Assembly (NCBI GenBank): GCA_000165425.1 | Contig: CT868596.1 | Span: 310,001 to 374,000, forward strand | Source of the DNA: Paramecium tetraurelia | Lineage: Eukaryota | DNA: 64,000 bases | Direction: 5' to 3' | Shown here: positions 1 through 13,892 of the stretch, piece by piece | How the letters are laid out: every line of letters starts with the position of its first letter | Numbering within the stretch: the first letter of the stretch is position 1 | Notes under the pieces: generated by a model | Database searches by the model: none | Told to the model about the DNA's origin: nothing | What the model saw: only the letters and a program-made list of their open reading frames with translations | Translations under genes and position numbers: made by a program

Positions 1-3000
1 ATTTAAATTGGTGATGTTTAAGAATCTCAGTTATTGTCTCAAAGATATCTAGTATTTATATATCAAAACAAATTGTTATTTGTTTATCATAGAAAATGAA
101 CTCAGTAATAACTTGAATAAAATATCTATTAAATACTTTAATTTTTTTGATCATTTAAAAGAGAAACATTATATTTGAAAATATAATAGTACCATTAAAT
201 AATGAGATAAAGAGTAGGAATGCCTAGAAAATCCCTTTAATATATTCTAAATTAGCTTCTAAGGCTTAGTTAATATTTTCCATAGATTTGTTCAAAGTCA
301 CATAAAAGTAGGGTATTAAGTTAGTTCTATAGAAAGAGATTGTCTCATTTAGAGTAATTGGATCAACATTTAATGTAACCTGTAAAAAGTTATTAACATT
401 TGCTCTAAAAGTTCCTATTAAATCAAGTGTGGAGATATTTTCATTAAAATCTGTATTTTGAGTGAAAATTGAAATGAAATCTTAAGTTTCTAGGGTCAAT
501 TCGTTGAGTTATGAGACAGAGCTTTGGGCAAGCTTACTTATCTGTGTCAGATTAGCCATGTGAATGTCTTTTAGAGATAGATCTAAGTCAATAATTGAAT
601 TATAGGTTTTAGATATGATTTAAACAAATGATGTAACTAATTCGACCTTGTTAAATGAATTCTAAATAATTGAACTTATATAAAGTTAAGGTCCAAAAAC
701 ATATTCAGTTATTATTAAAATTAGTAAACTGATTAATAAAAAACGATTCAATAATTTAATATAAGTTAGTTCTTCTAACATTTTTGGAATCTTATTTAAA
801 TCATCCTTAATGAATTCATTTTTTATTAACCAATTCTGTTTAGAGAATCCATCATCTGATATAGCTTTTTGGTTTGAAAAATCAACTTATAATTCATTTT
901 CAGTAATCAATGTCTTGGTAATGTTATCCCTGATTGAATCACAGTCATTATCTTAAGGCAAGGTCTATATATTATTTTATTGATTCTAAAAGAAGTTCTA
1001 AAAATAGATATCTGAATTTCTTCTTAATATAAATTAAGTGGATTATGACGATGTAGTTCGCTTTCTCTCAGATTGACTTGAACTCTAATGAACAATTATT
1101 TAAAAATTACAGTGTATTTTTTAGCTTCCTGCTCGTAAAATTCAAATCTATTAACCTTGATAATAATAGTTTTGTCAAAAGATGACTAGGTAGTGAAGAG
1201 AATGGAACCTTCGATTTTAAGCACTTTATTCAGGTTATTTGTATTGGAACAGTATTCTTCAAAAAGCTTTTCTTTATAAAATGATATTGTACTTATTTGA
1301 TGGTAATATTTCTTCTAAGACAATAATTTGTATTTCATTATCCTTCTCAATAATTCATATTTATTAAATCTAAGTAAGCCATATTCATTCCTGATTACTA
1401 TCTTCCTTAATCTCTATATTCTCATTGATTTTGTCATTTAATCATCCTGATTAAGTGATCTTATAAATTCTGAATAATCCTCATTGAGTTATTTTTCATC
1501 CAATGGAATCCTTATATGTAAAGTGATATTATTTTCATCTATTATTTTGCGGAATTTCACGTTGTTTTTACTGAATTCATACCCATTACTTACATTCTCA
1601 TCGACAAGGGCTTGATCTAGCAAATACTTAAAATTATCGCCTCGTCTATTCGTATATCTTCTGGTTTGATGAGACACAGATATGTTTTATTAACTTTAGA
1701 CATATTATGTTAGTTCTTAAATATATTATTTTTAGTTTTGTGATATCCTCAATTAAAAGAAATCATAATCATTGTCCTTCATTAGCGCTTGGTAATGAGA
1801 ATATCTTAATAATTTGGGACATTAAATTAATAGGCAACTCTATTTTTAGAATAATTTCTCTATTTGAATCGTTGTAGAATCTATTTCCCAGTTTTCATTC
1901 AACAATATAAAATTAGTTGGAGTCAATTTAATTATTGGTCTTATCATACATACATACTCTATACTCATTTTTTAGTTTAAAATACATTTTAGATATTTAT
2001 TAGCCTAAACTATATTTGATGTTTCATTGATATAAAATATCTTTAATTTTTTAAACAGACTTCTTCTCTTGCCGTTCTCGATAAATTGTCTCATAGCTAT
2101 TTGATGATTCCTTTGCATTGAATGAGGAATCAATTCAAATATAGATTTCAACTATTGCTATCCATATAGAGTTTAACAATTTTAACTAAACTTTAGGATT
2201 TCTCCATTTGTGTTACAATGAATTATTCCAGATAACAGATTAAATATTTTCTATTGATCATAAAAGTGATCGTTCTCACTATCTGAGTCTGATTCTTCTT
2301 ATATAAATTCATCAGCTTCTATAGGTAATATCGATTGTTTGACTCTCTTCTTTAATATATTCTACCGAAACCAATTATAAAGAATGGCAAATTCTTTTTT
2401 TCGATTTAGGAAGGATTTCGATTAGACTTTGTCATTCTAAATAATTTGCCTTCTAGTTATGTCTTTCCAATTAATTTTTATTTCCTAAATTTTATTCAGG
2501 GTTTAATCAAAATCTTTAATCAACAATTGTTCGTTAATATCATGATACTTAATTATGGATTTAAACATTTTAATTTGCATGTCCAGAATATAAATAATTG
2601 ATTTCTAAATCCTTTTAATGGATTCTTCGATTGCCACAACAACTTCAAAATCAAACTTTTATTTATAACTCTACATGCATAATATGTCTATTTTTTATTT
2701 AATTTTTAAGGACAAATTACAAAATTATAATTAATCACTGAAAGACTTCAATTAAGTATTCAGTTTATTTAATTCAATTAATGATTGGGCATATAAGTCT
2801 ATTTTATAAAATAAATATTAGGAGTATTGCAATCGAATGGAATAATTACTTTAATTTTCATTTATGTATTATTCATACCAAGATTTTATAACAAGTTTAG
2901 AGAAGATATTGATATGCTTAGTGATGGATGAGGATAGATTTCTAATGTCATTCTATTTTTTTGGGTCATAAATCATTTTCATAGTACAATAACACCTCTT

Positions 3001-4183
3001 GAGATCTTACTTAATTAAATTATTCTTGCAATTCGAATTTTGATGTGATCTAACAATTCCCAAGACTAGAACAATATTCGATTGCTTATCTCTTCTTGAA
3101 ATCATTTATTCGAATGATTATATTTTAGTCAGTAAGGTTTATTCATTAATTATGTTCTAAAATAACCGGGATTTCATTTACACTTCTGAAATTTTCAATT
3201 AAGTAAAAAATAACATTATCAAGATCCATATAAAATGGTACAACCCATATCCTTTTGAGTTGTTATATTCAAAAATTGTATCTAACATAAAGGAAACATA
3301 TAGGGAAAGATTGATATTAATGATAAGGATAAACCAGTACTATATAAATGCTTAATTAAAAGTTGGCCATTTTGTAATTGCTAACATCCACATAATTAAG
3401 TGAAATACAGTATGAAAAACTAGCAAGCTTAACTAAAATGATATAACAAACATAATACATATTCTACAGTGCTGTTTGATTCGTATAAACAAGCAAACAA
3501 ATTTTACAGCAATTAATTTATAATCACATATATTTGTCCATTCTTAAAGTATAAGGATGAATAATCTTTTTTTTAGAACTTGTCATTTCTTATGAATGCA
3601 ATTATGGTAAATTAAATAAAGATGGATACAATCAATATTATTATAGATAATATAATAATAGCAAAGTCATCGAATAAAGTAAAGTTGCATAATTATTTAA
3701 AATTAGATTCGTCAAAATACTTGCAAGAGATAATTAAAGTGTGAATTTAAATTGTTGGATAAAAAAATATCCATTCTTATATTGTAAGCAACCTGATAAA
3801 CAACTAGGCTATTTAATTATTTAATTACCTTTTCCAATGTGTTTTCTTCTTACCTGCGTCTAGGGTGCCGATTGTAGTGAAAATAAATCACAAAATATAA
3901 AAATACTATGAGAATAGGGATTATGGATGTTATAATAAATATTACTAAATTGAGGATTTAAGTAGATTTTGCCAATTCTATTATGTCTATGTATTTGAAC
4001 ATTTGCTGATTCCATTAGCTCCCTGGAATGTTGCGAGTATGTCTAATGAATTTATCTGTTTTACATTCCAATGTGAATGAATTGAATAATACTGCAATTG
4101 AGAATTAATGATAGTACTGTAGATGTTGGTGTTTTGATGAACTGGTGCTAAAACTTATTAAACAAAATAAAGTGAGGGTTCAT
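1..4183 (-). CDS. Large multi-pass membrane protein with PAS domain (TmcB/tiny-macrocysts-like family); 3' end runs off the window
   Basis: ATG at 4183 (MNPHFILFNKF). Hydrophobic N-terminal helices with short introns (e.g. gtaaaacagataaattcattag), then a PAS-like segment 'GIIHCNTNGEILKFSQNCQTLYG..IFELIPHSMQRNHQIAMRQFIENG' at about 2060-2230. Colinear similarity to the adjacent + strand gene. Confidence 0.7.
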
Positions 4184-4287
4184 AATTAATTATAATTTTA
4201 TATTCAAATTATTATTATATTTTCTTAAGTTTGAGTTCTCATTATGCTCTCTTTTTATTTTTTAAAGTCTTATTAATATTAATATAT
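4184..4287. promoter_or_regulatory. Putative bidirectional promoter between two divergent PAS-protein paralogues
   Basis: 104 bp of very AT-rich sequence between ATG 4183(-) and ATG 4288(+). Confidence 0.5.
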
Positions 4288-7200
4288 ATGAATTTCGATA
4301 ATTTTTTGATAACAATTCATTATTTGCTAAATATAAAGAAAGCCTCATACACTAAAGCTTTTTCTTTTATATGCATAGGGTCATTGCTGTTTTATTTCAA
4401 TTTGCTATTTAAGTAATTTAAAAGTTCAAATTTATAGGGTCGAAGCATCATTTGAGTCTTTTGAGGATTTACATACAGATGTCATTGAAAGGTTGTTAAC
4501 TCCATTCAATTTTTTGAGTCTTGAAGCACTCATTACCCAATCATTATAGAGTTACATCATTCTACTTATATTAAGCGTATCTATACCAATTTTGATCATT
4601 ATTTTATTTTTAATATTGTGGTTCTAGATTAAAACCAAAGGTGATCGCACTACATTCCTAATGAAATTAGCATAAGTAAATTTACAAAACTAAATAGATT
4701 TTTGTACATATTCAAGAAGCTTACTAATGGATTTTAATTTTTCCTATAGTTTATATATAGTCTACATATTTGTTCGATTTCGAAAACATAAACCTAAAAT
4801 TGCATTTATCAACTAGGCTCAACTCATATTTTAGAATAATATTAGAAATCTTTTCAATTTTAGCATTTATACTGAATTTCATCATAATAGCATTTCAACA
4901 AACATTACTCTACAATTATAAACTGAAAATGGATTTTTTGAGTTTCAACAACAATGATTCTTTGACATACTTCAGATTATAGCATTTAGTGATGGGAATA
5001 GTTTATAACATCAAATTCTAGTTTGTGAACAATAATGTACTAATATGAATATCGACTCTAGGTCATCTTCTTTGTTGCCTAAATTCTTTTCAGCCTTGTG
5101 ACTTTGTAATAGTTTTACTCTGGTGATATATTTCTCATTTTATTTTAATCTAAGATCCAAAAACTGTATGTTTTGACATCACTCTTATATGTAAGTATTA
5201 CAATATCTATGATATATACTTACTTAGCCTATTTTATGAACCTAAGTGATCAAGAATACACCTTAATTATATCCTTGATTGTGTAAGCCTTTTTCATTTT
5301 GACATACTAAAAGGTTGTCTTGAGCAAATTGTCGAATCTCATAATCAAGAATAGCCAAGATGCGAAAGATGTAGTGAGAAAAGTCTTTTTTTTATCAGAA
5401 TTGATAAATGATATGAACGAAGTGAAGGAGCTTTTCTATTTCGGAGTGATAGTTCATCATTTGAATACATCTCATAATCATAATGATTGGAAAAACATAG
5501 GGATGAGATGTTACTGTTAATAGAAAGTAATCTACAACGCTAAAAAAAATAATGATGTTACAAAATCATTACATTCTGTTAAAAAAAATAAAAAACTTTA
5601 TACTAAATTGGAAATTAAAAGCCTTTATGAATAATATTTGATAACTTCATCGACTGATATTGAAATACACATTTTATATATTAGATTTCTTGTATTCAAT
5701 ATGAATCTGAAATCTTTGGCTATTTCATCAATTAGTAATTTACTCAAGAATTAATACAAAATTAATTATCTACAAAAGTTTCAGTTACGATTGATAATCT
5801 ATTAAATCAAAATTATGATTCAGGATTAGAATACCTCATCATATAATGGTTAACTAGATTTTGAAAGAGCTTTAGAAATGGAGAGTACTGTTCAATAGAT
5901 TAAAGTTTATATTTAAGATATTCTAAATTTAAAAATATAATTTTGGAAACATCTTTTAAGAAATTAAATCAATCAAGACATATTGATTCAATACGACGAC
6001 TTAATCAATGAAAATATATCTAAATGCAATTCTTTATGGGACTTAATTCTTAATAGTGAAACGAGAATCAGAGACAAAATCATTAAAATATCTTACTTAG
6101 ATAGAAGGATAAAATGGCAACTATATCATTCTTGGTATTGTCTTCATATCTTAAACTAAAAAATCAAATCAAATCAATATTTTGAGACTGCTTCATAAGA
6201 AGAGTTCGTCTATGAAGATTCAGAATCAGATGATGATAAGTATGTATTTAATAAGTACTTCAAAGATAAATCATTCAATAAAACATCAATAATTTTGCAT
6301 ACTGATCTTAATGGCAACATTTTAAAGTAAAGTTAATCTTGCCAAGAATTAACAGGCTATTACAACTTGAATAATATTTATCAACTCATCCCTTAAACAA
6401 TGATTCGAAATCACTAAATTTAACTACTCATGTTCAAGTCTCAAAGCAAAAGTAATACTTTATATAACAGGAAAAAAGTCTATATGTAGCATTAATAAAA
6501 CTATATAATACCAGCCAATAAATATTTAAAACTTGAAATCAATAGGTTTAATTAATTAGAGTTTATTTGTATGATTAGACCCTTAATAAGATTATAATAA
6601 TAAAATTATTTGATTTTAAATGAAGATTGGGAAATTGATTCAATGACTGTATAACTGTTGCCGTTACTAATATCAAAAGTTTGTGTATTTATTATTTGTC
6701 CACAGTTATTAAATTTTACTAAGTATCAAAGGTATATTACTTAAGAGGATTTGTCAATTTTTAACTTGTCATTCAAAAATGTACCCAAATAATAAGATGA
6801 GGAATCGTTAAAGTAAAAAGAGAGAGAGAAAATAAAGGAGGAATTAGAAGATATATGCGTGTTAAATAGTCAAAATTATTTTGAATTTAAAGATTACTTC
6901 AATAAAACAACAGATCAAACTCAGTTTACTTCAAATCTATAAATCATCGATGATGAATTAATACGTATTGAGCATTCCAATTTTTAGAAAATTGTAAATG
7001 TTGAACATACTTAAATTTTGTTGAGAATTCCTAAGAATATTGAGGATTTGGTAGAAGAATATCACAAGTAAAAATTAGAGATTTTGTCAGACTTTTAACT
7101 GAAAAAGTCTATGATGTATTTAAATTTAGAAAGACATTTAATTGTCAAGGATAAGTTTGGCTAATTAAAAATTAACTAACCTGAATTATTAAAAAGAATT

Positions 7201-9569
7201 TACAGTTTGTAGGAAGAATATCATCAATCGCAATACCAAATACTAAGTAACACTTAAGTTATTACTTAGAAAAATTGTATATAAAATATTGCTATCGTAA
7301 AAGGAATCTCAATAAAATAATTAAAGTGGATGGATCAATTAAGTTTAGTAGGAGGAACTTGATGGATAAGAATGTAATCATAAAGTTTAATAGATTTGAA
7401 ATCTACGAAGACAATTTTAGATCAAATGTCTATGTAAATTGGTCATTTTATATAATTTAGAATTCATTAGTCATAAAGTAGCGGCAATCACTCAAATAAG
7501 TACAAAGCAGTGTCAATACAATGAACTAAATATAAATGTAATTGAACTAATCGTACAGCTAATATGTGGATGAATCATTTAGAATCAATTAAAGTAAATC
7601 TTTGATAACCTACGAATAAATCACTGGAGACTTTTATAATTAGAATTAATAAATAAATTTGAGTCTTAATGTTGATGAGAATATTTTCTTAAAGGACGAT
7701 CAGAATAAATGTTCTGTGGTTAGTTTGAATGAGTTTGTTTAATTCAAATTGTATAGCAGACTTCTTTTATTACAGATTCTATTATCTTATATAATGATTT
7801 GTATATTTGCAGATTCAGAGAATTCCAAGTTAGTATTTGACTAAGACATCTCTCAATTGAACCTTTTTTTCACGATATAATTATCTATTTTAAAAGTCTA
7901 TAATGTATTTATAGATGTGTCATTATTTAATCATAATTAGACTTAAGGTTCAATTCTTGAATTTGCTAATGTGAATAATGATCAATTTTATGATCATTAT
8001 AAATTGTTGGTAAAGGAACAATTGAACTTAATAAAACATACTTATCAATCTCAAAGTTATATTGATTGCTTTTATAATATCGATATACATAAAAGTAATA
8101 ACTAATCAATAATTGACATCTATAATTCGTATATTGTTAATTTAATCTTATTCTAGTAAGAATAATTGGCAGAACCTCATTCAAGTTTGAAATTATTAAA
8201 TCAATTTAGGGAGATTGTGTATCCATACTTAATGGAATCTTTAGCCTAAATAATTTTGGAAATGACTAAAAACTTTGAGTTTCTTTAAGTTCAATAATTC
8301 TTTTTCAGAATAACAATAATCACTTATCATACAATATCTAGTATTATAATTGTAATTATAAATATTTTAATTGTGTTTAAGTTGATAAATAAATAAAACG
8401 TAAGAATAATCTGGTTAATTAATTTAGTTCGTTTAATAATAGATATTTGAAATTGAGAAAGATAGTGTGTCTAAAGTTAATTAGTATTATAGTGGTTTGA
8501 GATATTAGTTTATACATTGTTTTGAAACTAAGAATTTGCCTCTAAGTACAATTTTATTCTATTTCCTAGAACCGTTATCTAATTCAATTAATCATTAGAT
8601 ATTTCCTCAATCAGAAACTGAAACAAATAAGACTAATAACAAATCTGCAAAACACTACAAATCACTAATGATATCAAAATTCCAATAAAGAATTAAAGTA
8701 ATAATCAGAATTTTTATTTAGTATATTCTAACTAGCCAATACTTAATGCTATAACCATTATTAGTATTATCACTAATAATCATTAATGTTCTAGCCCTTA
8801 TAGAATTGTCTAATATGAAACACAAATTCGATGCTCAAAATTTCTTTTTAAACTCTCAAATGTTTGAATCAATGACTTTAGTTAAGGAGATCTACATAGC
8901 TGATAATGATATCCTTTCTGAAAATTTAATTGATGTTGAATATTTAAAAAATCGTTTATCTTTTATATACAATGAATTAGAAGAAAAGGATATTGAGTTA
9001 ACTAATTTTGTTGAAGAAAATATTATATTAAATGGAAATATTTGCTAGAATGAGATATTTGTATCTTAAGAAAAACTATGTTCGGATTATTTAAATGGTG
9101 CTTTGAGACATGGATTAAACTTTTATTTTAAATTAGTATCTTAAATTATATTGGTTACTTTAAATACAACGGAAGGTAGATTTGATAATCTAACTCTTGA
9201 AGATATATATTATTATTAATTGGTATATATAATTATAGTTAATAGTGTGACAGTTCCAAAATGAAATATTTGATTCATCTACTTTGGCAGTGAATTCTTG
9301 GAACGTAAATATCATCGAGCAATACTTTGAATTTTTGGACTTAGAAATTATTATCATGTAATAGCTATCTTATATTATCAAGGATTTGCTTTTTATCATT
9401 AATAGGCTTTTATCATTTTATATTTTTTGAGTTTCAATATTTTCAGAAATTGAAAATACAATTCTCCAAAGTAAATTAATTTTATAATCGTTACATACCT
9501 AATGAAACTTTATAGAAATAAAAAATTATGCGTTCTTAATTTTTAAGAAGAGGAATAATCAAAAAATGA
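4288..9569 (+). CDS. Large multi-pass membrane protein with PAS domain (TmcB-like family)
   Basis: ATG 4288, with 25-nt intron gtaatttaaaagttcaaatttatag restoring frame. TM region, then PAS 'IILHTDLNGNILKQSQSCQELTGY..IYQLIPQTMIRNHQIQLLMF' at about 6290-6440, further C-terminal TM segments, ending YIPNETLQKQKIMRSQFLRRGIIKK-TGA. Confidence 0.72.
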
Positions 9570-9955
9570 AGTTAATGTACTTTTATTTGTGTTTTAATTT
9601 ATAAATTATCAAATTACATCATTAAACAATAAGTCCTTTGGGTATACTTAAAGTTGATCTTTTAATCAGTGGTTAATAATCGATTTTTTAATTTCCATCA
9701 TTCTTAAATGTTACATTTATAAACTATTCTCTCTTCAAAAGGTTTTAATTTTGATAAATCATGTTTTATAAAATATATAAATAATAGTTTATGTCTCTCC
9801 TAAAATACTAAAAGACTCATCTTAAATTATCTTGATTTAGAATCATAAGGTCTTTATTATTCGGAGGACTACTGTCATTATAGTTATTTGATGTAAATAG
9901 ATATGTAATAAATTTCATAAATCTTTTATTTTATTTTCATTTAACTCTTATTAAT

Positions 9956-11143
9956 TCAATTAACTTTAATTTATGGTTTCTATTTCTGTCTGTTATTCTA
10001 ATTACTATGGACTTTGTTGAGTTTCCTGTTAATCTTTTTTACAATTATTTTCAAATTTAATTTTGGCCTACAAACTAAATTGTTCTTTAATTCCCAATTT
10101 CGGTTCAACATATGAAAATATGGGCTTCTTTATCTAACCTACTTATTTAGGCATCGTTTCATTCAATAGTTAAAGTAATTCATTGTAGGTAGCTCTTTAT
10201 TTTTCATCATGTTCTAGCATTCTTGTAAGGATATACTTAATTCTTTGATTTTAGACATTCCTCAACAAGTCTTTAGTTACTTACTAACCTTGTTCACCCT
10301 GAATCAATTATGTAAATTTACAGAATTTAATTTTTATATTTCTGAATTCAACAGTAGAGTTGTCTATAGCAAAGTTACACCCAATGAATAAACATCAGAT
10401 TTTTCTACATTGTGAGTGATTTTATTAATTTTTGAAATTTAGAATTGCCCCTCTTCAAAAGCCTTCCATAATATTGGAGACAAGTAAGCTGGTGTTCCAA
10501 CCAATGTGCCATTAATGGTGGGTAACTTCTCCTTCATTAATTTTCGAGACACTCCAAAATCTGTAATGATTATTTGTTACTCTTTATTTAGAAGGATGTT
10601 TTCAGGTTTTATATCTCTATTTTTGATCAATCAAATACCTATGATAAATATTTGAATGCAGTTTGATATCATTTAATGTTTGTATGCATTACAAGAATAT
10701 GTGATGCAATTGGTCATCAGAAAAATATTTGTTAGCTTGTCTTCTCTCTTCGATCTCCTTCATCAGGCTTTTATCGGCAAGTTCCATAACTAAAACTAAT
10801 GTGTAGTTTTTAGTGATCTGATTGGCCCATGCATAACTCTACTTATTTAATTTAATATTACCTTGTAAAGCTTAATGATATTTGGATGTTAGTTTGGCAG
10901 ACTTTTTAGTATGAGAAATTCTTTCTATATCGTTGTAAACGACTTTTCTGTCTTAGCATTCATCATTTTTACTGCATAATACTACCCACTATAACCATCT
11001 TGTCCTTCCTAAAGCTTTTCTTAATCAGGATTGATGCATCTCTTCGTTTTCATTTTATAAACCTCACCGTATGTCCCTTTTCCTAATAAATCATTCTGTT
11101 TTTCAAAGTCATCTAAAAACTCTTATATATTAGGATAACTCAT
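9956..11143 (-). CDS. Ser/Thr protein kinase
   Basis: GKGTYGEV, YAVK, HRDIKPEN (split by a 22-nt intron), DFG, GTPAYLSP and KSDVYSLG motifs in code 6. The 3' end is the first in-frame TGA. Confidence 0.85.
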
Positions 11144-11549
11144 ATTTTAATATGAATATTTTAATTATATTATAATAATAACATAATAAACATTAAATTG
11201 TAACCATTTAAACAACAACTACAAGGCGAGAGATTTTAAAATCCTATTATAACATCCATAATTATAACCTACATAACTTTAGAATATTTTATATACATTA
11301 TTACAAATATCAAATTTCTAGCTATTAGAAATTATTATGCTACTTTGAGCCTAATAAGCAAATAAGAAATAATCATAATAATTGATAATTTTCCATAAGT
11401 TTTAATAGGATTTTGAGATTGTTTTTATAATTTGGACTTAGTTTTAGGATTATTGAGAATATCGATGTATATAAATAAAGGACAATCTTACAAAACTTTA
11501 TATGCATATTAATAATCAATAAACTTTTATTTGTTAATTTTTATAATTT

Positions 11550-12568
11550 ATGATAAACTACTTATGTAATTATTTATCTGTAATTAGAACAAAGTGACTA
11601 TTCTTCATTCCCTTTTACTGAGAGAAGAGTGAGTCATCTAGTTTTAAATTAGATTACCTCAGAATCAAAAACAAAAATCAGAGATGATTTCAAAAAAACA
11701 ATCAAGAAGAATTCACTATTGCATTCCATGAGAATGCTGAAAGAACATGAATTAGATGAACCTACACCAATAGTTACAGAGAAGTAATTATAAGCTAAGA
11801 AATTTATTAATTTAAAACCTTTAAAAAAGGCAATTGAAAAAATAACTCTTATGAGATAAGAACAATTGAGCAGAAGAAAATCAGCATATGGTGATCAATT
11901 TGGCGAGATGACAGCAAAATAATTCCAAAATCTTCCAACAACTATTGAATAACATAAATAAATTGATGGATAAAGATTTGCCTTAACAAGTTTCGCTGAT
12001 ATTTTGGAGAGAAAAAAAAGAAAAAGAACAACTAAAAAGCCAAGTCTCATAAGATAATTATCGAAGTAAGAATCCTTGGTTGGTATGAATTATCCTTATC
12101 ATCATAGAATATGATCATCTGGAAAGACCTCCATCCTGTAAGACTCCTCCAAAGCAAATAATTATTAAATAACAACTTAAATCTCAGTTAGAGCTAACAA
12201 AAGAAAAATAATTCAAATAATTTGATAAGAAGATGATTAGCTTTTTATCTGGGAAACCAGCAGAAGTTAAAGAATTTGTACAAAGAAAAAAAGCATATAC
12301 GATAAACTATTAAGTAACTACACCTTAATCTTCATCTATAACAGGAAATCATAGAAACTCAACACTTTTTCCAAGCTTACATATAAACAAATTTGATAGA
12401 TACTAAACTAATTATTATGAATCAAAATATGCACCTTAACTTAGTAACCGTTAGATTTAGAACAGAGTTAGACCCTATATTACATATAATAGGACCTTAA
12501 TAAAATTCATAAAGTCAGAGATAAAAAATGGTTCATAAACAATGCATAAGTCGATTTATAATTTATGA
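11550..12568 (+). CDS. Hypothetical protein (basic, low complexity)
   Basis: Continuous code-6 frame after removing two short introns; ends NRVRPYITYNRTLIKFIKSEIKNGSQTMHKSIYNL-TGA. Confidence 0.65.
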
Positions 12569-12719
12569 TTATATTATGATGTTAATTAATTTTACTTTAG
12601 TGAATTTAAATAGTAAATGCCCTAATTTCATCTTAAGTAGTAGGTTACTATTATAATTTAATAATAATCTTTATTGTTTTCCACTTATTGAAATATACAA
12701 AAAATCTTTAATTATTTAA

Positions 12720-13258
12720 ATGAAAGTATTCAGCTATTCAAAATGCGGTATTGTTTAGTCAAGAAGGGTTTTTCCTAATATCATAATAAACTAAATAAGA
12801 AGTAGGCAGAAACTAGATTAGCTAAATTATAGTTTATCACTTTTTTTAATCTATTTAAGTTTTATGAATTTAATCGTTCAATTCATTTAATTGAAATCAG
12901 AATTAATTTATTTTCAAATTGTACAAAGTCTTTTAGTAGTAAGTTGCCAAAAGAGAATCAATAAATGTGAATACTTAGTAGAGAAACGTTGCAAATATAT
13001 TATCTAACTTTGATTCAACTTTTGAAGATAAGGTTGGAACTATTAATACACAATACAAGCCATTAGAGTTCTTGTGTATTACGAATCATTAGATGTATAG
13101 GGTAGGTCAATCCTAATTAATTGATATTCAACTAAAAGCCGTCGATACACAATTAAAAGGTTGGCTTTAGTATATGATTTCTAAATCGAACTACATCCTT
13201 AAATCTACATCAGATCAAAGTCTTGGGTTATTATTTGAACAAAAAAGGTCAATTTGAG
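12720..13258 (+). pseudogene. Possible degraded gene remnant
   Basis: Coding-like composition, but open segments lie in different frames and I could not join them with clean introns. Confidence 0.2.
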
Positions 13259-13382
13259 ATAAAAAAAATGGTTAATTATAAAAATGAAATATTTTCTTAG
13301 TTGATCTAATCCGAAATTGGATTTATTATGATTCAATTATTTATAATCTTTAAAATTATATATTTTAATATCACATATAAAA

Positions 13383-13823
13383 TCAACCTAATATTATAGC
13401 ATGTTATGTGTTATGTTCATCCAATTATTATTCAGATTCAAAATATCTAAATTTAAAGAATAAATTCTACTTAAAACATGTATCAAGATCGCAAGAATAG
13501 AATTTCTCTGTGTCATCTAATCTTTTGACTGAACCAACAATATCATTGCAGAATTTACAAAATGTTTAGCCATCAATATAGTAGCATTCATAACACATGA
13601 AATGTCTGCAAGGATTTATAACAACTCTTACGCTTGCAGGAAAATCACAGATCGGGCAAAATTTAGCTTTTTTCTAAATTGATTTTGGATTCAGAAATGT
13701 TGCTGCAGTTCTTGGATCATATCTAACCTAATTTTCTGAAGGTGGATAATTTGGATATTGAAGTATTTGTTGTGGTTGTTAATTTTATTGGATTTGTGGT
13801 TGTGGTGGCTATAAGGTATTCAT
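13383..13823 (-). CDS. HAKAI/CBLL1-like RING-HC plus C2H2 zinc-finger protein
   Basis: FCPICDFPASVRVVINPCRHFMCYECYYIDGQTFCKFCNDIVGSVKRL..FYSCDLDTCFKYFESEQQLDEHNTQH matches the RING-then-C2H2 layout of Hakai as I recall it. 24-nt intron at 13447-13470. Confidence 0.72.
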
Positions 13824-13892
13824 TTGATATAAATTACAATATATATATTAATTAATTTTATTTCAAAGTAGAGTTTATTAATGACATTCTAA

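Noticed and set aside
2400..2700. Possible gene boundary or TGA read-through in the first PAS gene
   Set aside because: Careful re-reading shows one continuous open frame through this AT-rich stretch.
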